64,000 nt of DNA from an uncultured virus (IMG/VR IMGVR_UViG_2882072473_000006) (IMGVR_UViG_2882072473_000006), one strand, 5' to 3'. Counted from the stretch's first letter, positions 27,205-36,991 are shown. A program made the numbers and translations. Notes: generated from the sequence alone by a model not told the origin.

Positions 27205-28479
27205 GTGGCCATTCAGTTATATGACTACCAGCTCGAAGCTCTGAATCGGATGAAAAACGGCTGTATCCTCTGCGGCGGGGTTGGTTCGGGGAAGTCCCGG
27301 ACCGGCCTCGCTTATTACTATGTGCAAGAGGGCGGCAAAGTGGGTACGGACGAGTATATTCCGATGAAGAATCCCAGAGACCTCTACATCATCACCACTG
27401 CACGAAAACGGGACACCTGTGAATGGCAGGGCGATTTGGCTCCGTTCCTGCTCTCCCCCACTCCGGAGGCCAACTACTACAAAAACAAAGTGGTCATCGA
27501 CTCCTGGAACAACATTGGTAAGTACGTTGACGTCAAGGACGCCTTCTTTATCTTTGATGAACAGCGGGTGGTGGGGTATGGCGCCTGGACCAAGGCATTC
27601 CTCAAAATCGTAAAGTCGAATGACTGGCTTCTGCTCTCGGCCACGCCTGGCGATACCTGGCAGGATTATATTCCGGTCTTCATCGCCAACGGGTTCTACC
27701 GCAACAAGACCGACTTTGTGGACCAGCATGTGATCTACGATTGGAGGGCCAAATACCCGAAGGTTGACGGCTACCGCAATACCGGAAGGCTAATCCGGCT
27801 TCGGGACAGGATTCTGGTCAACATGGATTTCAAGCGGCAGACAGTATCCCATCATGAGGACATCCGGGTTTCGTATGATATTTCCAGGTATAAGGACATC
27901 ATGCGGACGCGATGGAATCCCTGGGAGGACAGGCCCATTGAAACCGCAGCCGAACTCTGCATGGCGCTTCGCCGGGTGACCAATTCGGATGAATCCCGGT
28001 CTGTTGCGATACTGGAAATCATGGAGGACCATCCCAGGGCCATCATCTTTTATAGCTACGACTATGAGCTGGATATTTTGCGTTCACTGGGGTATCCGGA
28101 GGGTACGGAGGTTGCGGAGTGGAACGGTCACAAGCACCAGGAAATCCCTACCGGAAAAAAGTGGGTGTACCTCGTCCAGTACACCGCCGGCTGCGAGGGT
28201 TGGAACTGCATCACCACGGACACTATTATATTCTACTCGCAGCAGTATTCCTACAAGGTTGCTACGCAGGCGGCCGGACGGATTGACCGGCTGAATACGC
28301 CCTACCGGGATCTCAACTACTACCACCTGAAGAGCTTTTCCGGGATTGACCTCGCCATCAGCAAGGCTCTGTCCAAGAAGAAGAACTTCAACGAGGGCAA
28401 GTTTGTCGGTTGGGCCACAAAGCCGTTGGAGGTGAACCCCAAGAGTCATGAACAGGAAAGACGTCGCAGAGCTGCTTAA
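27205..28479 (+). CDS. SF2 DNA helicase
   Basis: YDYQ, GVGSGKS, FDE, SATP, QAAGRIDR. Confidence 0.88.
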   Translation: MAIQLYDYQLEALNRMKNGCILCGGVGSGKSRTGLAYYYVQEGGKVGTDEYIPMKNPRDLYIITTARKRDTCEWQGDLAPFLLSPTPEANYYKNKVVIDSWNNIGKYVDVKDAFFIFDEQRVVGYGAWTKAFLKIVKSNDWLLLSATPGDTWQDYIPVFIANGFYRNKTDFVDQHVIYDWRAKYPKVDGYRNTGRLIRLRDRILVNMDFKRQTVSHHEDIRVSYDISRYKDIMRTRWNPWEDRPIETAAELCMALRRVTNSDESRSVAILEIMEDHPRAIIFYSYDYELDILRSLGYPEGTEVAEWNGHKHQEIPTGKKWVYLVQYTAGCEGWNCITTDTIIFYSQQYSYKVATQAAGRIDRLNTPYRDLNYYHLKSFSGIDLAISKALSKKKNFNEGKFVGWATKPLEVNPKSHEQERRRRAA

Positions 28480-28774
28480 CCGCAGGCGGAGACAAATTCT
28501 CGTTCACAGCATCATCTATTACAAAATGGACGATAACCTCATTTCGGATAGCGCTTGGTCGGCATGGGCTACGGAACTGGAAGAGCTTCAGAAGAAGTAT
28601 CCCGACATCGCCGCCAAGGTTCCCTATGCAGAAGAATTCAAAGACTTCGACCACTCGACTGGTATGAACCTGCCTTTGGATGACCCCTGGGCCGTCAATA
28701 AGGCCCGACAGCTGCTTGCAATGAAGGACAGAGGATTCTGCATCCAATGTGAGCAGCTTGAAATTAAACTCTAA
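28448..28774 (+). CDS. Protein resembling the NAD-dependent ligase N-terminal (Ia) subdomain
   Basis: H...YY..D...ISD..W.....EL..L...YP. Confidence 0.6.
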   Translation: MNRKDVAELLNRRRRQILVHSIIYYKMDDNLISDSAWSAWATELEELQKKYPDIAAKVPYAEEFKDFDHSTGMNLPLDDPWAVNKARQLLAMKDRGFCIQCEQLEIKL

Positions 28775-28787
28775 AAGGAGAAAGACG

Positions 28788-29405
28788 ATGAATGACGAAA
28801 ATAAATTTGCGTCAGACCATAGCGATGTTGAAAGTCGCGTTTTCGCTTTTCGCAGTTGCATGGAGCCTGCTCTGCATCTGTTTCCGGAGAACATCGTTGA
28901 GAGGTTGAAAAGCGACGGCTTCTTTACGGCCCCGGCCAGCACCAAATACCATGGAGCATACGAGGGCGGTCTATTCGAGCACAGTCTGAATGTGACCAAC
29001 TCTCTGGTAGAACTCACAAAGCAGAATAGCCTGGCGTGGGGACGCCCGGAATCGCCTTACATCATCGGCATGTTCCATGATATTTGCAAGCAGGATCAAT
29101 ACCGGCATCCGGTTGACGCGACTTTCTATGGTGGCGGTGCCCCGATCCCTCTTGTTGATGAAAGCAAGTGGGAGTACGACCCCGATGCGGTTCTCAAAGG
29201 GCACGGGGAGAAGTCGGTGATGCTGCTTTCCCAGCATTTGTCCCTTACCATGGAAGAAATCCTGTGCATCCGTTATCACATGGGCGCCTTTGTAGACCAG
29301 AAAGAGTGGAACGACTACACAAGGGCAATTCATGCGTATCCGAACGTCCTCTGGACGCATACAGCAGACATGCTTGCGGCGCACATCCTGGAAGTTGACA
29401 AGTGA
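28788..29405 (+). CDS. HD-domain phosphohydrolase
   Basis: APAS..YH...GGL..HS, HDICK, GHG, YHMG, ADM. Confidence 0.85.
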   Translation: MNDENKFASDHSDVESRVFAFRSCMEPALHLFPENIVERLKSDGFFTAPASTKYHGAYEGGLFEHSLNVTNSLVELTKQNSLAWGRPESPYIIGMFHDICKQDQYRHPVDATFYGGGAPIPLVDESKWEYDPDAVLKGHGEKSVMLLSQHLSLTMEEILCIRYHMGAFVDQKEWNDYTRAIHAYPNVLWTHTADMLAAHILEVDK

Positions 29406-29445
29406 CCATACCTTATTATATTCTGTCTCGAAAGAGGTGAAAGGA

Positions 29446-30231
29446 ATGCTTGGTGCGATTATTGGGGACATTGTTGGCTCCAGATTTGAACGGCACAACC
29501 ACAAGTCCAAGGACTTTGATCTATTCACAGACCGGTGCCGGTTTACAGATGATACAGCCATGACGGTGGCGGTCGCCAAAGCTCTGCTGGAGTGCAAAGG
29601 CGACTATACCGAGCTCAGTGATCATACGGTTCGGTGTATGCAGGAGATTGGGCGAAAGTACCCCAATGCCGGGTACGGACAGATATTCTACCTCTGGCTC
29701 CACCATAAGAACCCGGGGCCCTACCGGAGCTACGGAAACGGCTCCGCCATGCGGGTAAGCCCGGTGGCTTATGTTGCCAAAACGGAAAAAGAATGTATCC
29801 AACTTGCCAAGGCAGTAACGCAGGTCAGTCACGATCATCCAGAGGGGATAAAAGGCGCGGAGGCTGCGGCTTTGGCTACTTGGGGTGCGATGCGTGGAAT
29901 TCCAAAAGGAGCAATCCGGGCGCACATCGAGGAGTGGTATTATATTTTGGATTTCACTATTGATGAGATCCGGCCTAAATACCGCTTTGACGCAAGCTGC
30001 CAGGGATCTGCCCCTCAAGCAATCGAGGCATTTTTGGAGTCGGAAAATTTTGAAGATACCATCCGCATCGCGGTCTCCCTCGGTGGGGACAGCGACACGA
30101 TTGCGGCCATTGCCGGCGGGATCGCGGGAGCCTATTACGGCGTCCCGAACGACCTTAGACTGAAAGCAATAGAGTATCTGCCGGCAGAGTTCATTGATAT
30201 TCTGGAAGACTTTGAGAAAAACTATTGTTGA
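29446..30231 (+). CDS. ADP-ribosylglycohydrolase (DraG/ARH family)
   Basis: GAIIGD..G, FTDDT.MT, GNGSAMR, GGDSDT.AAIAG. Confidence 0.92.
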   Translation: MLGAIIGDIVGSRFERHNHKSKDFDLFTDRCRFTDDTAMTVAVAKALLECKGDYTELSDHTVRCMQEIGRKYPNAGYGQIFYLWLHHKNPGPYRSYGNGSAMRVSPVAYVAKTEKECIQLAKAVTQVSHDHPEGIKGAEAAALATWGAMRGIPKGAIRAHIEEWYYILDFTIDEIRPKYRFDASCQGSAPQAIEAFLESENFEDTIRIAVSLGGDSDTIAAIAGGIAGAYYGVPNDLRLKAIEYLPAEFIDILEDFEKNYC

Positions 30232-30296
30232 AACGCAAATCGGGGCCACCCTCATCTTCGGAGGTGGCCTTTTCTTATTATTAGGAGGCACTGCCA

Positions 30297-30482
30297 ATGG
30301 ATAAAAAGCAGCTACAAGAGTTTATCAGCGCCATTGGGTCGATTGCGGAAACGGCCCTTCTCTTTTATCGGAGCACCCTGGCGGCGAAAGCAACCCCGGA
30401 AGAGGCTATGCGGTTGACCCAGGCCTTTATCGCGGCCATATTTTACGGCAACAAAAACAGCAGCTCCACTCCGGAGCAATGA
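30297..30482 (+). CDS. Small hypothetical protein
   Basis: AGGAGG RBS. Confidence 0.65.
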   Translation: MDKKQLQEFISAIGSIAETALLFYRSTLAAKATPEEAMRLTQAFIAAIFYGNKNSSSTPEQ

Positions 30483-30494
30483 AAGGAGAACATT

Positions 30495-30887
30495 ATGACG
30501 ATTCAGGGGTGGGTTTTCTTTGGGATTCTTGCTCTCTTTATTCTTTCGTTTGGCATCTTTGGCGCAATTATATTTGAAAAGATTGTCTGGAAGGTCCTCA
30601 GCGTTGTAGCAGCCATGCTCCTCATCATCGGACTCTTTGCCGGGATGCGCTGGTATTATCAGAATACCGCCAGCGGTCAACGGGCAATGACTGACCAGAA
30701 AAGTGAACTGGACAACGGGCTCGAACGGACGGTGACGATTTATACGGCAGATGGTGAGATCATTGCACAGTACACTGGGAAAATTGACATTGAGGGCAAT
30801 GACGGCGGCTACGTCCTCTTTGACTATGAGGGGAAGCGCTACACCTACTATAACTGCTTTGTGGAGTCTATTGCGGACATTAAGTAG
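30495..30887 (+). CDS. Membrane protein
   Basis: Two TM segments; GAAAGGAG RBS. Confidence 0.78.
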   Translation: MTIQGWVFFGILALFILSFGIFGAIIFEKIVWKVLSVVAAMLLIIGLFAGMRWYYQNTASGQRAMTDQKSELDNGLERTVTIYTADGEIIAQYTGKIDIEGNDGGYVLFDYEGKRYTYYNCFVESIADIK

Positions 30888-30923
30888 GGTACGGACGAAA
30901 AATTATATTTAAGAGGTAAGACT

Positions 30924-31208
30924 ATGGCTGGATTGAATTGTGAAATCAGATGGGAAACCCGGCTCTGTGAGGTAGATGGCGAGCTTGGATATTTCCATTG
31001 CTGGGAGCATTGGTCCAATGTGATAGATGCGAGTCCGCTGCGGGGTGGTCATCCCGGAGGCCAGATTGGGCAAGTCTATGGAATTGTCGAGTTTAAGGAC
31101 GGCGTCCGGCGGATCGACCCTGCAAAAATCAAGTTCTGCGACGACGAAAACGCTATTCTGGCGGAGATGGAGAAACACAATCGCGCCGGTAAATTGGAGG
31201 GTCAGTAA
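30924..31208 (+). CDS. Hypothetical protein
   Basis: GAGG RBS; operonic. Confidence 0.7.
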   Translation: MAGLNCEIRWETRLCEVDGELGYFHCWEHWSNVIDASPLRGGHPGGQIGQVYGIVEFKDGVRRIDPAKIKFCDDENAILAEMEKHNRAGKLEGQ

Positions 31209-31393
31209 TGAAAGTTTGTATTTTATCGAATGATGACCCCGCGGCCTTTCAAAGCTCGATCAATGCTTTTATCGCTGACAAAAAGGTCATCGACATCAAG
31301 TATCAGAGCATGAACCTGACGCTCAAGTTTACGAATGGGGTTCCTTCGGAATCAATCATCGTGGATCGTGCGCTCATCATCTATGAAGAATGA
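31208..31393 (+). CDS. Small hypothetical protein
   Basis: TAATG coupling. Confidence 0.65.
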   Translation: MKVCILSNDDPAAFQSSINAFIADKKVIDIKYQSMNLTLKFTNGVPSESIIVDRALIIYEE

Positions 31394-31574
31394 GCAGATA
31401 GCGGCAGTTCGTTGCAAATGCGGACGCCCGGCACATATTTGGCATTCACGGGATGGATATTTATGCGGGTGCATCAATCCGGACTGCGCCATCTCTTTAG
31501 AGAGGTCACAGAAGTCCAGAGCGGAATCGATCCAAAAGTGGAATGCAAAGATGAAAGGAGAATCTCATGAATAA
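31383..31574 (+). CDS. Small Cys-rich protein
   Basis: CKCG...C.NPDC...SIQKWN. Confidence 0.55.
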   Translation: MKNEQIAAVRCKCGRPAHIWHSRDGYLCGCINPDCAISLERSQKSRAESIQKWNAKMKGESHE

Positions 31575-31785
31575 CGAACGGCATCCCTGCCGGTATATCG
31601 ATTGTACGTTGGAACATGACGGCTCCTGGGTAGACGGAAAGTGGTATGAATGGGAAGATATTTACGGCAACCGTGAAGTCGCTCGAATGAAACTCGACGC
31701 CATGGACCACTTTTATCCTAATACCAAAATCATCAAGGAAGAAAATGTCCGTCGTTACAGAGAGATTATGGAAGGAGAAAACTGA
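31567..31785 (+). CDS. Hypothetical protein
   Basis: GAAAGGAG RBS. Confidence 0.7.
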   Translation: MNNERHPCRYIDCTLEHDGSWVDGKWYEWEDIYGNREVARMKLDAMDHFYPNTKIIKEENVRRYREIMEGEN

Positions 31786-32030
31786 TGTTCGTTGTGAGAG
31801 ACTGGACGCGAAACCCTTCTTACACCATGGTAAGCAACGACGTTAAAGACGTCCGCGATATTGTTATCGGCATTACCGGAGATGAAACGATTGGCGACCA
31901 TGTGCTTCTTCATCTTGGACATATGATTTTTGGACAATTTTTAGTATGGGGTCCGCTTGTCATCAGGTGCGTTCCGGATGAAGATGCTCAGTCATTATAT
32001 TTGAAAGGAGAAAACGATGCTGATCATTAA
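31785..32030 (+). CDS. Hypothetical protein
   Basis: TGATG coupling; RBS. Confidence 0.68.
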   Translation: MFVVRDWTRNPSYTMVSNDVKDVRDIVIGITGDETIGDHVLLHLGHMIFGQFLVWGPLVIRCVPDEDAQSLYLKGENDADH

Positions 32031-32193
32031 GACAGCGGAAGACCGAGAACGCTGCACGTCTTGTTATGGCAACATCATCGTTGAGTTGACCATGGAAGAA
32101 GTCGTTGCCCTGTTCTCAGGAGCAACGCTCGGCGATCCGAACTTTAATGAATATGGGATATTCATTCGATTAGAAGGCTCCACGCCTGTTTGA
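32017..32193 (+). CDS. 58-aa hypothetical protein
   Basis: GAAAGGAG RBS; fills the operon gap. Confidence 0.6.
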   Translation: MLIIKTAEDRERCTSCYGNIIVELTMEEVVALFSGATLGDPNFNEYGIFIRLEGSTPV

Positions 32194-32205
32194 AAGGAGA
32201 AACTA

Positions 32206-32589
32206 ATGGGTATTAAGTTTGAAGGTCAGGTCTTAAAATTTGGCACCGTGGATAAATGCAATAGAAAATTTGCCCCGGACTGCAAGATCACGTTCCCCGA
32301 GAAAATCCCGGTAGCCTACAACTTCGATATGGATGAAATAATCGGACATGCTGATATTTCCAAGGTGGAGGACGGACTCAAAGGCGTGGTATCATTGTTC
32401 GATACGAATATTCTCCCTGGAAACGAGTATTTCGTTGGCGGATATTATACCAGGATCAAGACGCATGTGGAGGATCGCATCACCGTCATCGATTCTGGTA
32501 GATTGGTCAGCATGAGTATCGTTCCAGAGCATAATGTCGCTGATGAAAATTTGAAAGTTAGGAGAGTTGGACCCAATGCTGAAAATTGA
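32206..32589 (+). CDS. Hypothetical protein, possible degenerate prohead-protease fold
   Basis: RBS; weak similarity to the N-terminus of 57388..59334. Confidence 0.65.
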   Translation: MGIKFEGQVLKFGTVDKCNRKFAPDCKITFPEKIPVAYNFDMDEIIGHADISKVEDGLKGVVSLFDTNILPGNEYFVGGYYTRIKTHVEDRITVIDSGRLVSMSIVPEHNVADENLKVRRVGPNAEN

Positions 32590-33415
32590 AAACACTGAGG
32601 TTCTGGGCTGGGAGCACGCCATTCGTGGAATGCGCAATCCTTTGAACAGTTGGGCAAAGAGTGATAGCGGCTCATGTGTGTCCACTCAGGCGGTGGAAGA
32701 AGGATGGTTTGAAGTCGGCCCGAACGACCTCGATTTGATGAAGCGCCTTCGTAACGCCGGCACAGACCACCGGAAGTTCATGCGGATGATAACGGTCTAT
32801 GTAGACATGATTGGCCCTTTGTACTGGTGGAAGGAGTTCGATACCTACAAGGTGGGGACGGTGGCCAATTCCTGCTCCACAATGCACAAGATTACATCAA
32901 AAGAGTTTACACTGGATGATTTCAGCTGCGAGCATCTTTTTGATTCGGTCAACGGAGAAGACACCGATTGCTGGATTCGTTCTGGAGATATATCCGGCGT
33001 ATTGGAGCCAATCAATGTTCTTGATGTCACCATTATGATGCTGAATAAAGCTCGAATTTTATATTTGTACTATCAAAAAAAGGCATTAAATGGGGATCAA
33101 TTTGCTAAAGATCATGTCAAAGAGTATTGGTGGCAGATGATCCAGCTCCTCCCCTCCTCCTACAACCAGCGGCGGACAGTCATGCTCAACTATGAGGTGC
33201 TGGCCAACATCTACAAGAGCCGGCGGAACCACAAGCTGGATGAGTGGCACACCTTCTGCGACTGGATCGAGGGTTTGCCGTACAGTGAGCTGATTACTGG
33301 CCCCAGCTTGAAAGATATCCCCATTAGTAATGAGATCATGGAAGAGGCGAAACGAAGAGTCCATGAGGAACTGAATGCACAGTTCGATCATTTCTGTAAA
33401 TTACATGAGGGTTGA
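32576..33415 (+). CDS. ThyX-like protein
   Basis: H.KF.R.I.V...PLYWW.EFD.Y......S.STMH...LP; remote resemblance only. Confidence 0.6.
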   Translation: MLKIENTEVLGWEHAIRGMRNPLNSWAKSDSGSCVSTQAVEEGWFEVGPNDLDLMKRLRNAGTDHRKFMRMITVYVDMIGPLYWWKEFDTYKVGTVANSCSTMHKITSKEFTLDDFSCEHLFDSVNGEDTDCWIRSGDISGVLEPINVLDVTIMMLNKARILYLYYQKKALNGDQFAKDHVKEYWWQMIQLLPSSYNQRRTVMLNYEVLANIYKSRRNHKLDEWHTFCDWIEGLPYSELITGPSLKDIPISNEIMEEAKRRVHEELNAQFDHFCKLHEG

Positions 33416-33550
33416 ATGATGAATAAGGAACAGAAGTGGGTCGAAAAGCACCCCATAACGTGGCTTTTGATGCAGAAAATAGGGGAGTTTCTGTGGTTCT
33501 TTGCCAAGTTCTCTGTCTGTATGCTTTTGTGGTGGGCGATACACCTCTGA
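33416..33550 (+). CDS. 44-aa membrane peptide
   Basis: GAGG RBS; hydrophobic C-terminus. Confidence 0.5.
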   Translation: MMNKEQKWVEKHPITWLLMQKIGEFLWFFAKFSVCMLLWWAIHL

Positions 33551-33580
33551 TTGACACTCTTCGGCCAAGCATGGTATGAT
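33551..33580 (+). promoter_or_regulatory. Sigma-A-type promoter
   Basis: TTGACA-N18-TATGAT with extended TG. Confidence 0.65.
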
Positions 33581-33607
33581 GAACTTGGATAAGCCAAATC
33601 GACTATG

Positions 33608-33634
33608 CGCAAAAAGTGCAGCTCCTATTATGGA
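33608..33634 (+). promoter_or_regulatory. Phage motif copy 19
   Basis: CGCAAAAAGTGCAGCTCCTATTATGGA. Confidence 0.78.
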
Positions 33635-33650
33635 AGGAGGTTGTTAAGTT

Positions 33651-33854
33651 ATGGCTGAACGCAACAATTCTCACCTTCTGGATGGTGGTGATGATCCCAT
33701 GGGCATGACAGACAACCAGTATAAGGGTATGCTTCTGGACCAGTTGGAAGACTGGCAGGAAGTCCTGGATCTGGCAATCAAGGCCGGGAACACCGAAATC
33801 CAGGAAAAGGTCGAGAAACAGATTCGCAAAATCAATGAAAAGCTGAAGTTCTAA
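33651..33854 (+). CDS. Small hypothetical protein
   Basis: AAGGAGG RBS; terminator follows. Confidence 0.75.
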   Translation: MAERNNSHLLDGGDDPMGMTDNQYKGMLLDQLEDWQEVLDLAIKAGNTEIQEKVEKQIRKINEKLKF

Positions 33855-33923
33855 ACCTCGACCAAAGGGAGAGCCTACGGAAATGTGGGCTCTCTTCTTT
33901 TATATTTGAAAGGGGTCGATCGG

Positions 33924-34091
33924 ATGGAAAAAATACTTCGACTAAACGAACAAGATATTATCCAGGCACTTGCAGACCACTTCAATGTGGATCGCGCCAA
34001 AGTAAACCTGACGGTCAAAATTAGGACAGAGGGATATGGCCCGACCGAGCATCAGTTTCCGGAAGTGAGCGCTGTTATCAAGGAGGGTTGA
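33924..34091 (+). CDS. Small hypothetical protein
   Basis: GAAAGGGG RBS. Confidence 0.62.
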   Translation: MEKILRLNEQDIIQALADHFNVDRAKVNLTVKIRTEGYGPTEHQFPEVSAVIKEG

Positions 34092-34273
34092 GCATGGACA
34101 TTCCAGGAATACGATGCTTGACCTGCATTCACATCAAAGTTTGCTCGCTGAAACCCACCCTGCTCATGTATGAAATGATGGCGAAAGAAATGGGCATATC
34201 TCTGCACTGTCCAAACTATATTGATATTTCACGGCTTCGCCCGGAGAAAGGACAAAAAGATGACGCTTCATGA
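34088..34273 (+). CDS. Small Cys-containing protein
   Basis: AGGAGG RBS; coupled. Confidence 0.58.
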   Translation: MSMDIPGIRCLTCIHIKVCSLKPTLLMYEMMAKEMGISLHCPNYIDISRLRPEKGQKDDAS

Positions 34274-34451
34274 AAAAGTAGTCCTATCGGCTTACACCGG
34301 CATTTTGATGTGCGACTTTTCCGAAGTGCACAAGTACATCGAAAAACTCCTCGGCAGGCCGGTCTGGACGCATGAACTGGCCAGCGAGGCTCTGTGGTCC
34401 GAAATTAAGGAGAAAGCGAAGCCTGATTTTCACAAAATCATCGAGCCATAG
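34260..34451 (+). CDS. Small hypothetical protein
   Basis: MTLHEKVVLSAYTG; similar to the shifted frame at 13037-13235. Confidence 0.68.
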   Translation: MTLHEKVVLSAYTGILMCDFSEVHKYIEKLLGRPVWTHELASEALWSEIKEKAKPDFHKIIEP

Positions 34452-34637
34452 GAGGGGTTCCAATGCGAAAGCTCTATGTTTGCGATCGTAAGCGATGCGG
34501 CGACCGGTGTCACTATCCTGATTGCCGGCATACCACTGATATTTCCCATGCACTCAATGCTCCAACCTTCCCCAACGGCTTTGAGAAGGTGAAGCACAAC
34601 GGCAACGTCTATTTTGTAGAGAGGGAGGATTGATATT

Positions 34638-35252
34638 TTGACCTTTAAGGAATTCACAGCCTGGTGCAATGAACGAGCCTGTGACGGACGGTGGGGCATG
34701 GTAGAGGCAATGGTCTGCATCGACCTGATGGCGGAAATCCGAAAACTATCCTTCTGGAAAAGGGAAAAATTTTGGCGGGAGCTGTATGAAAAGCGTATTT
34801 TGGATGAAATTGTCGAGCCAATCAACCAAAAGATCATCATCGACCAACTCGCCGCCAGAATACCGCATACTGACCAAGCAATCACACACGAAAAGGAGCA
34901 TTCTACCATGACAATCAATGAATACCAGGCGCTTGCGCTGCGCACGGAGTCACGCATCACCACCGACCCCGTCCCTTATATTCGCGTTCTGGAAGGGCTT
35001 ATGGGCCTGAACGGAGAGGCCGGCGAGGCCATTGACCTGATGAAGAAAGTGCAGTTCCAAGGCCACGAGTTCGACCGGGAGCACATGGCCAAAGAACTGG
35101 GCGACATTGCCTGGTATCTGGCTGTCAGCGCTGACGCCATTGGCTACGACCTGGAGAGCATCCTGCAAATGAATGTGGACAAACTCAGGACGCGGTATCC
35201 GGACGGTTTCAGCACGGAGCAGAGCCTGCATCGCAGCGCCAATGATATTTAG
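34638..35252 (+). CDS. MazG-like nucleotide pyrophosphohydrolase with N-terminal extension (internal RBS and ATG at 34908)
   Basis: GL.GEAGE..D..KK...KELGD..WY...N..KL..RYP.GF. Confidence 0.82.
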   Translation: MTFKEFTAWCNERACDGRWGMVEAMVCIDLMAEIRKLSFWKREKFWRELYEKRILDEIVEPINQKIIIDQLAARIPHTDQAITHEKEHSTMTINEYQALALRTESRITTDPVPYIRVLEGLMGLNGEAGEAIDLMKKVQFQGHEFDREHMAKELGDIAWYLAVSADAIGYDLESILQMNVDKLRTRYPDGFSTEQSLHRSANDI

Positions 35253-35263
35253 GAGGCACCGCC

Positions 35264-35428
35264 ATGAGCATCCAAGATGACTACCTGTTTGTCCGGTTTG
35301 ACAAATACTGCAAAACCTGCAAGCATGAGAAGCTGGAGGAAAACGAACCGCCCTGCGACGAGTGTCTGGAGCATCCAGTAAACCTGCACTCGCATAAACC
35401 CGTTTGCTACGAGGGTACGGATGAATGA
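35264..35428 (+). CDS. 54-aa Cys-rich protein
   Basis: AGGAGG RBS; CKTC...CDEC. Confidence 0.62.
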   Translation: MSIQDDYLFVRFDKYCKTCKHEKLEENEPPCDECLEHPVNLHSHKPVCYEGTDE

Positions 35429-35442
35429 GGAGGCTGTGCGCT

Positions 35443-35634
35443 ATGAAACTGCGATTCATTGGGGAAGATGGTTCCATGGGTCTGAAAAACGGCGAAGCCT
35501 ATGACGCCCGCATTTATATTCGAGGGAAGTTCCTTTGGGTGGAATGGAAGGTCGGGCGTTTCATGACTCGTTCCTGCCCTTACTCCTCTACGAAGGTATT
35601 TGCCCAGAATTGGGACCTGGCATACACCACTTAA
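35443..35634 (+). CDS. Small hypothetical protein
   Basis: GAGGAGG RBS. Confidence 0.65.
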   Translation: MKLRFIGEDGSMGLKNGEAYDARIYIRGKFLWVEWKVGRFMTRSCPYSSTKVFAQNWDLAYTT

Positions 35635-35650
35635 AACACAGGAGGGCAAT

Positions 35651-35851
35651 ATGGCACAAAAGCGAATCAGGATGGTTCAGCGTGATATTTTGAACGATCG
35701 GCTGCGGCTTCTCTACGACGACGGAACGCAAGGTGTTCTGGAGTATGGGGAAGCCGTTTCCCGTTCCAAGGCGCCTGCCATCATCAAACCGAACGACTTT
35801 GTTGGGCTGACGCTCAAGCAGGCCAAACTGAAACTTGGCATCAAGAATTGA
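35651..35851 (+). CDS. Small hypothetical protein
   Basis: AGGAGG RBS. Confidence 0.65.
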   Translation: MAQKRIRMVQRDILNDRLRLLYDDGTQGVLEYGEAVSRSKAPAIIKPNDFVGLTLKQAKLKLGIKN

Positions 35852-35861
35852 GGTGCGGCCC

Positions 35862-36758
35862 GTGAGTTACCAATACGATTTATATTTACAAAAGCACAAG
35901 GCCAACGTGAAAAAGGGTTTTGACTGGCTTCAGACTAACATGCCCTGGCTCTTTGAGGGGAAACCGGACGCTGCTTGGCAGACCGAGTTCGAGCATGATG
36001 CGTCCAAATCAAAGCCGGATGAGTACGAGGCCTATGACGCTTATTTCTATGGAGGCAACCGCTCCTATGCTGTTGTCCAGGCGTTCCAAAGAGCCTGGCT
36101 CCTGCACATCCACCGCAATCCCCATCACTGGCAGCACTGGGTTCTAATCAACGATGACCCCGGTGAAGGCGAAGTCCTGCTGGAGATGCCTTACAATTAT
36201 ATTATTGAGATGATCTGCGACTGGTGGGCCTTCAGCTGGGCGGAAGGTAATCTGAGCGAGATCTTCTCGTGGTATGATGAACATAAGGACTATATCAAAC
36301 TGAACCCGAAGACCCGCGAAACCGTGGAAGATATTCTCTGGGAACTCCGGGGCCGGCTTGGATTTAATGTCCTTGCTCATCATGGCGTCAAAGGTCAGAA
36401 GTGGGGCGTTCGTAATGGGCCGCCGTATCCGCTTGATAAAACCGGGAAGTCTGATACAATAGTGACAAAAACCATCAAAGGACACACTGCTCCTTCTAAG
36501 CGAGATGAACCGGACAGTGTTGTCGACCATGTTACTTCTGACAGTAGCGTTAAAACTCGTGCCTTTTATGACGGCGATGGTTGGAAAGTAAAGGAGATAC
36601 ACACAACCGATCACGGAAACCCAAAACACCATTCGTATGGAAGTCATGGCGAGCACATTCATTATTATGAGTGGGATCGTGAAACCGGAAAACGAATTAG
36701 TAGCACTCAGGAAGAGATACCGGAGGATTTAAGGAAGGAGAATGATGATATTTTATGA
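35862..36758 (+). CDS. HD-like (DUF5662-like) domain, HHGVKGQKWGVR tag and His-rich putative nuclease toxin domain
   Basis: HD.SK...H...NPHH...EM.CDW; internal tag at 36378; C-terminal DHGNPKHH..G.HGEHIH. Confidence 0.7.
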   Translation: MSYQYDLYLQKHKANVKKGFDWLQTNMPWLFEGKPDAAWQTEFEHDASKSKPDEYEAYDAYFYGGNRSYAVVQAFQRAWLLHIHRNPHHWQHWVLINDDPGEGEVLLEMPYNYIIEMICDWWAFSWAEGNLSEIFSWYDEHKDYIKLNPKTRETVEDILWELRGRLGFNVLAHHGVKGQKWGVRNGPPYPLDKTGKSDTIVTKTIKGHTAPSKRDEPDSVVDHVTSDSSVKTRAFYDGDGWKVKEIHTTDHGNPKHHSYGSHGEHIHYYEWDRETGKRISSTQEEIPEDLRKENDDIL

Positions 36759-36991
36759 CTTTAGAAGAGTTTGTAGCGATTCTGAGCGATGAGTATGCCA
36801 CGGCCGAGTTTGAGTATAATGGACAACAATGTGGCGTAGAGCCGCAAACTCAGGATTCAGAGACCACTTATACTATGTGGTATGGCGAGGTGTGGAAAGA
36901 CTACGACAACATTGACGATCTTCTTTCGGACGACTTCTTCGATGGACGCCCCCTTCGTGATATTTTCGATTCGGTTGACGTGCAGTTCTAA
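36755..36991 (+). CDS. Small acidic protein, putative immunity protein
   Basis: ATGA-coupled to the toxin-like gene; very acidic. Confidence 0.65.
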   Translation: MTLEEFVAILSDEYATAEFEYNGQQCGVEPQTQDSETTYTMWYGEVWKDYDNIDDLLSDDFFDGRPLRDIFDSVDVQF

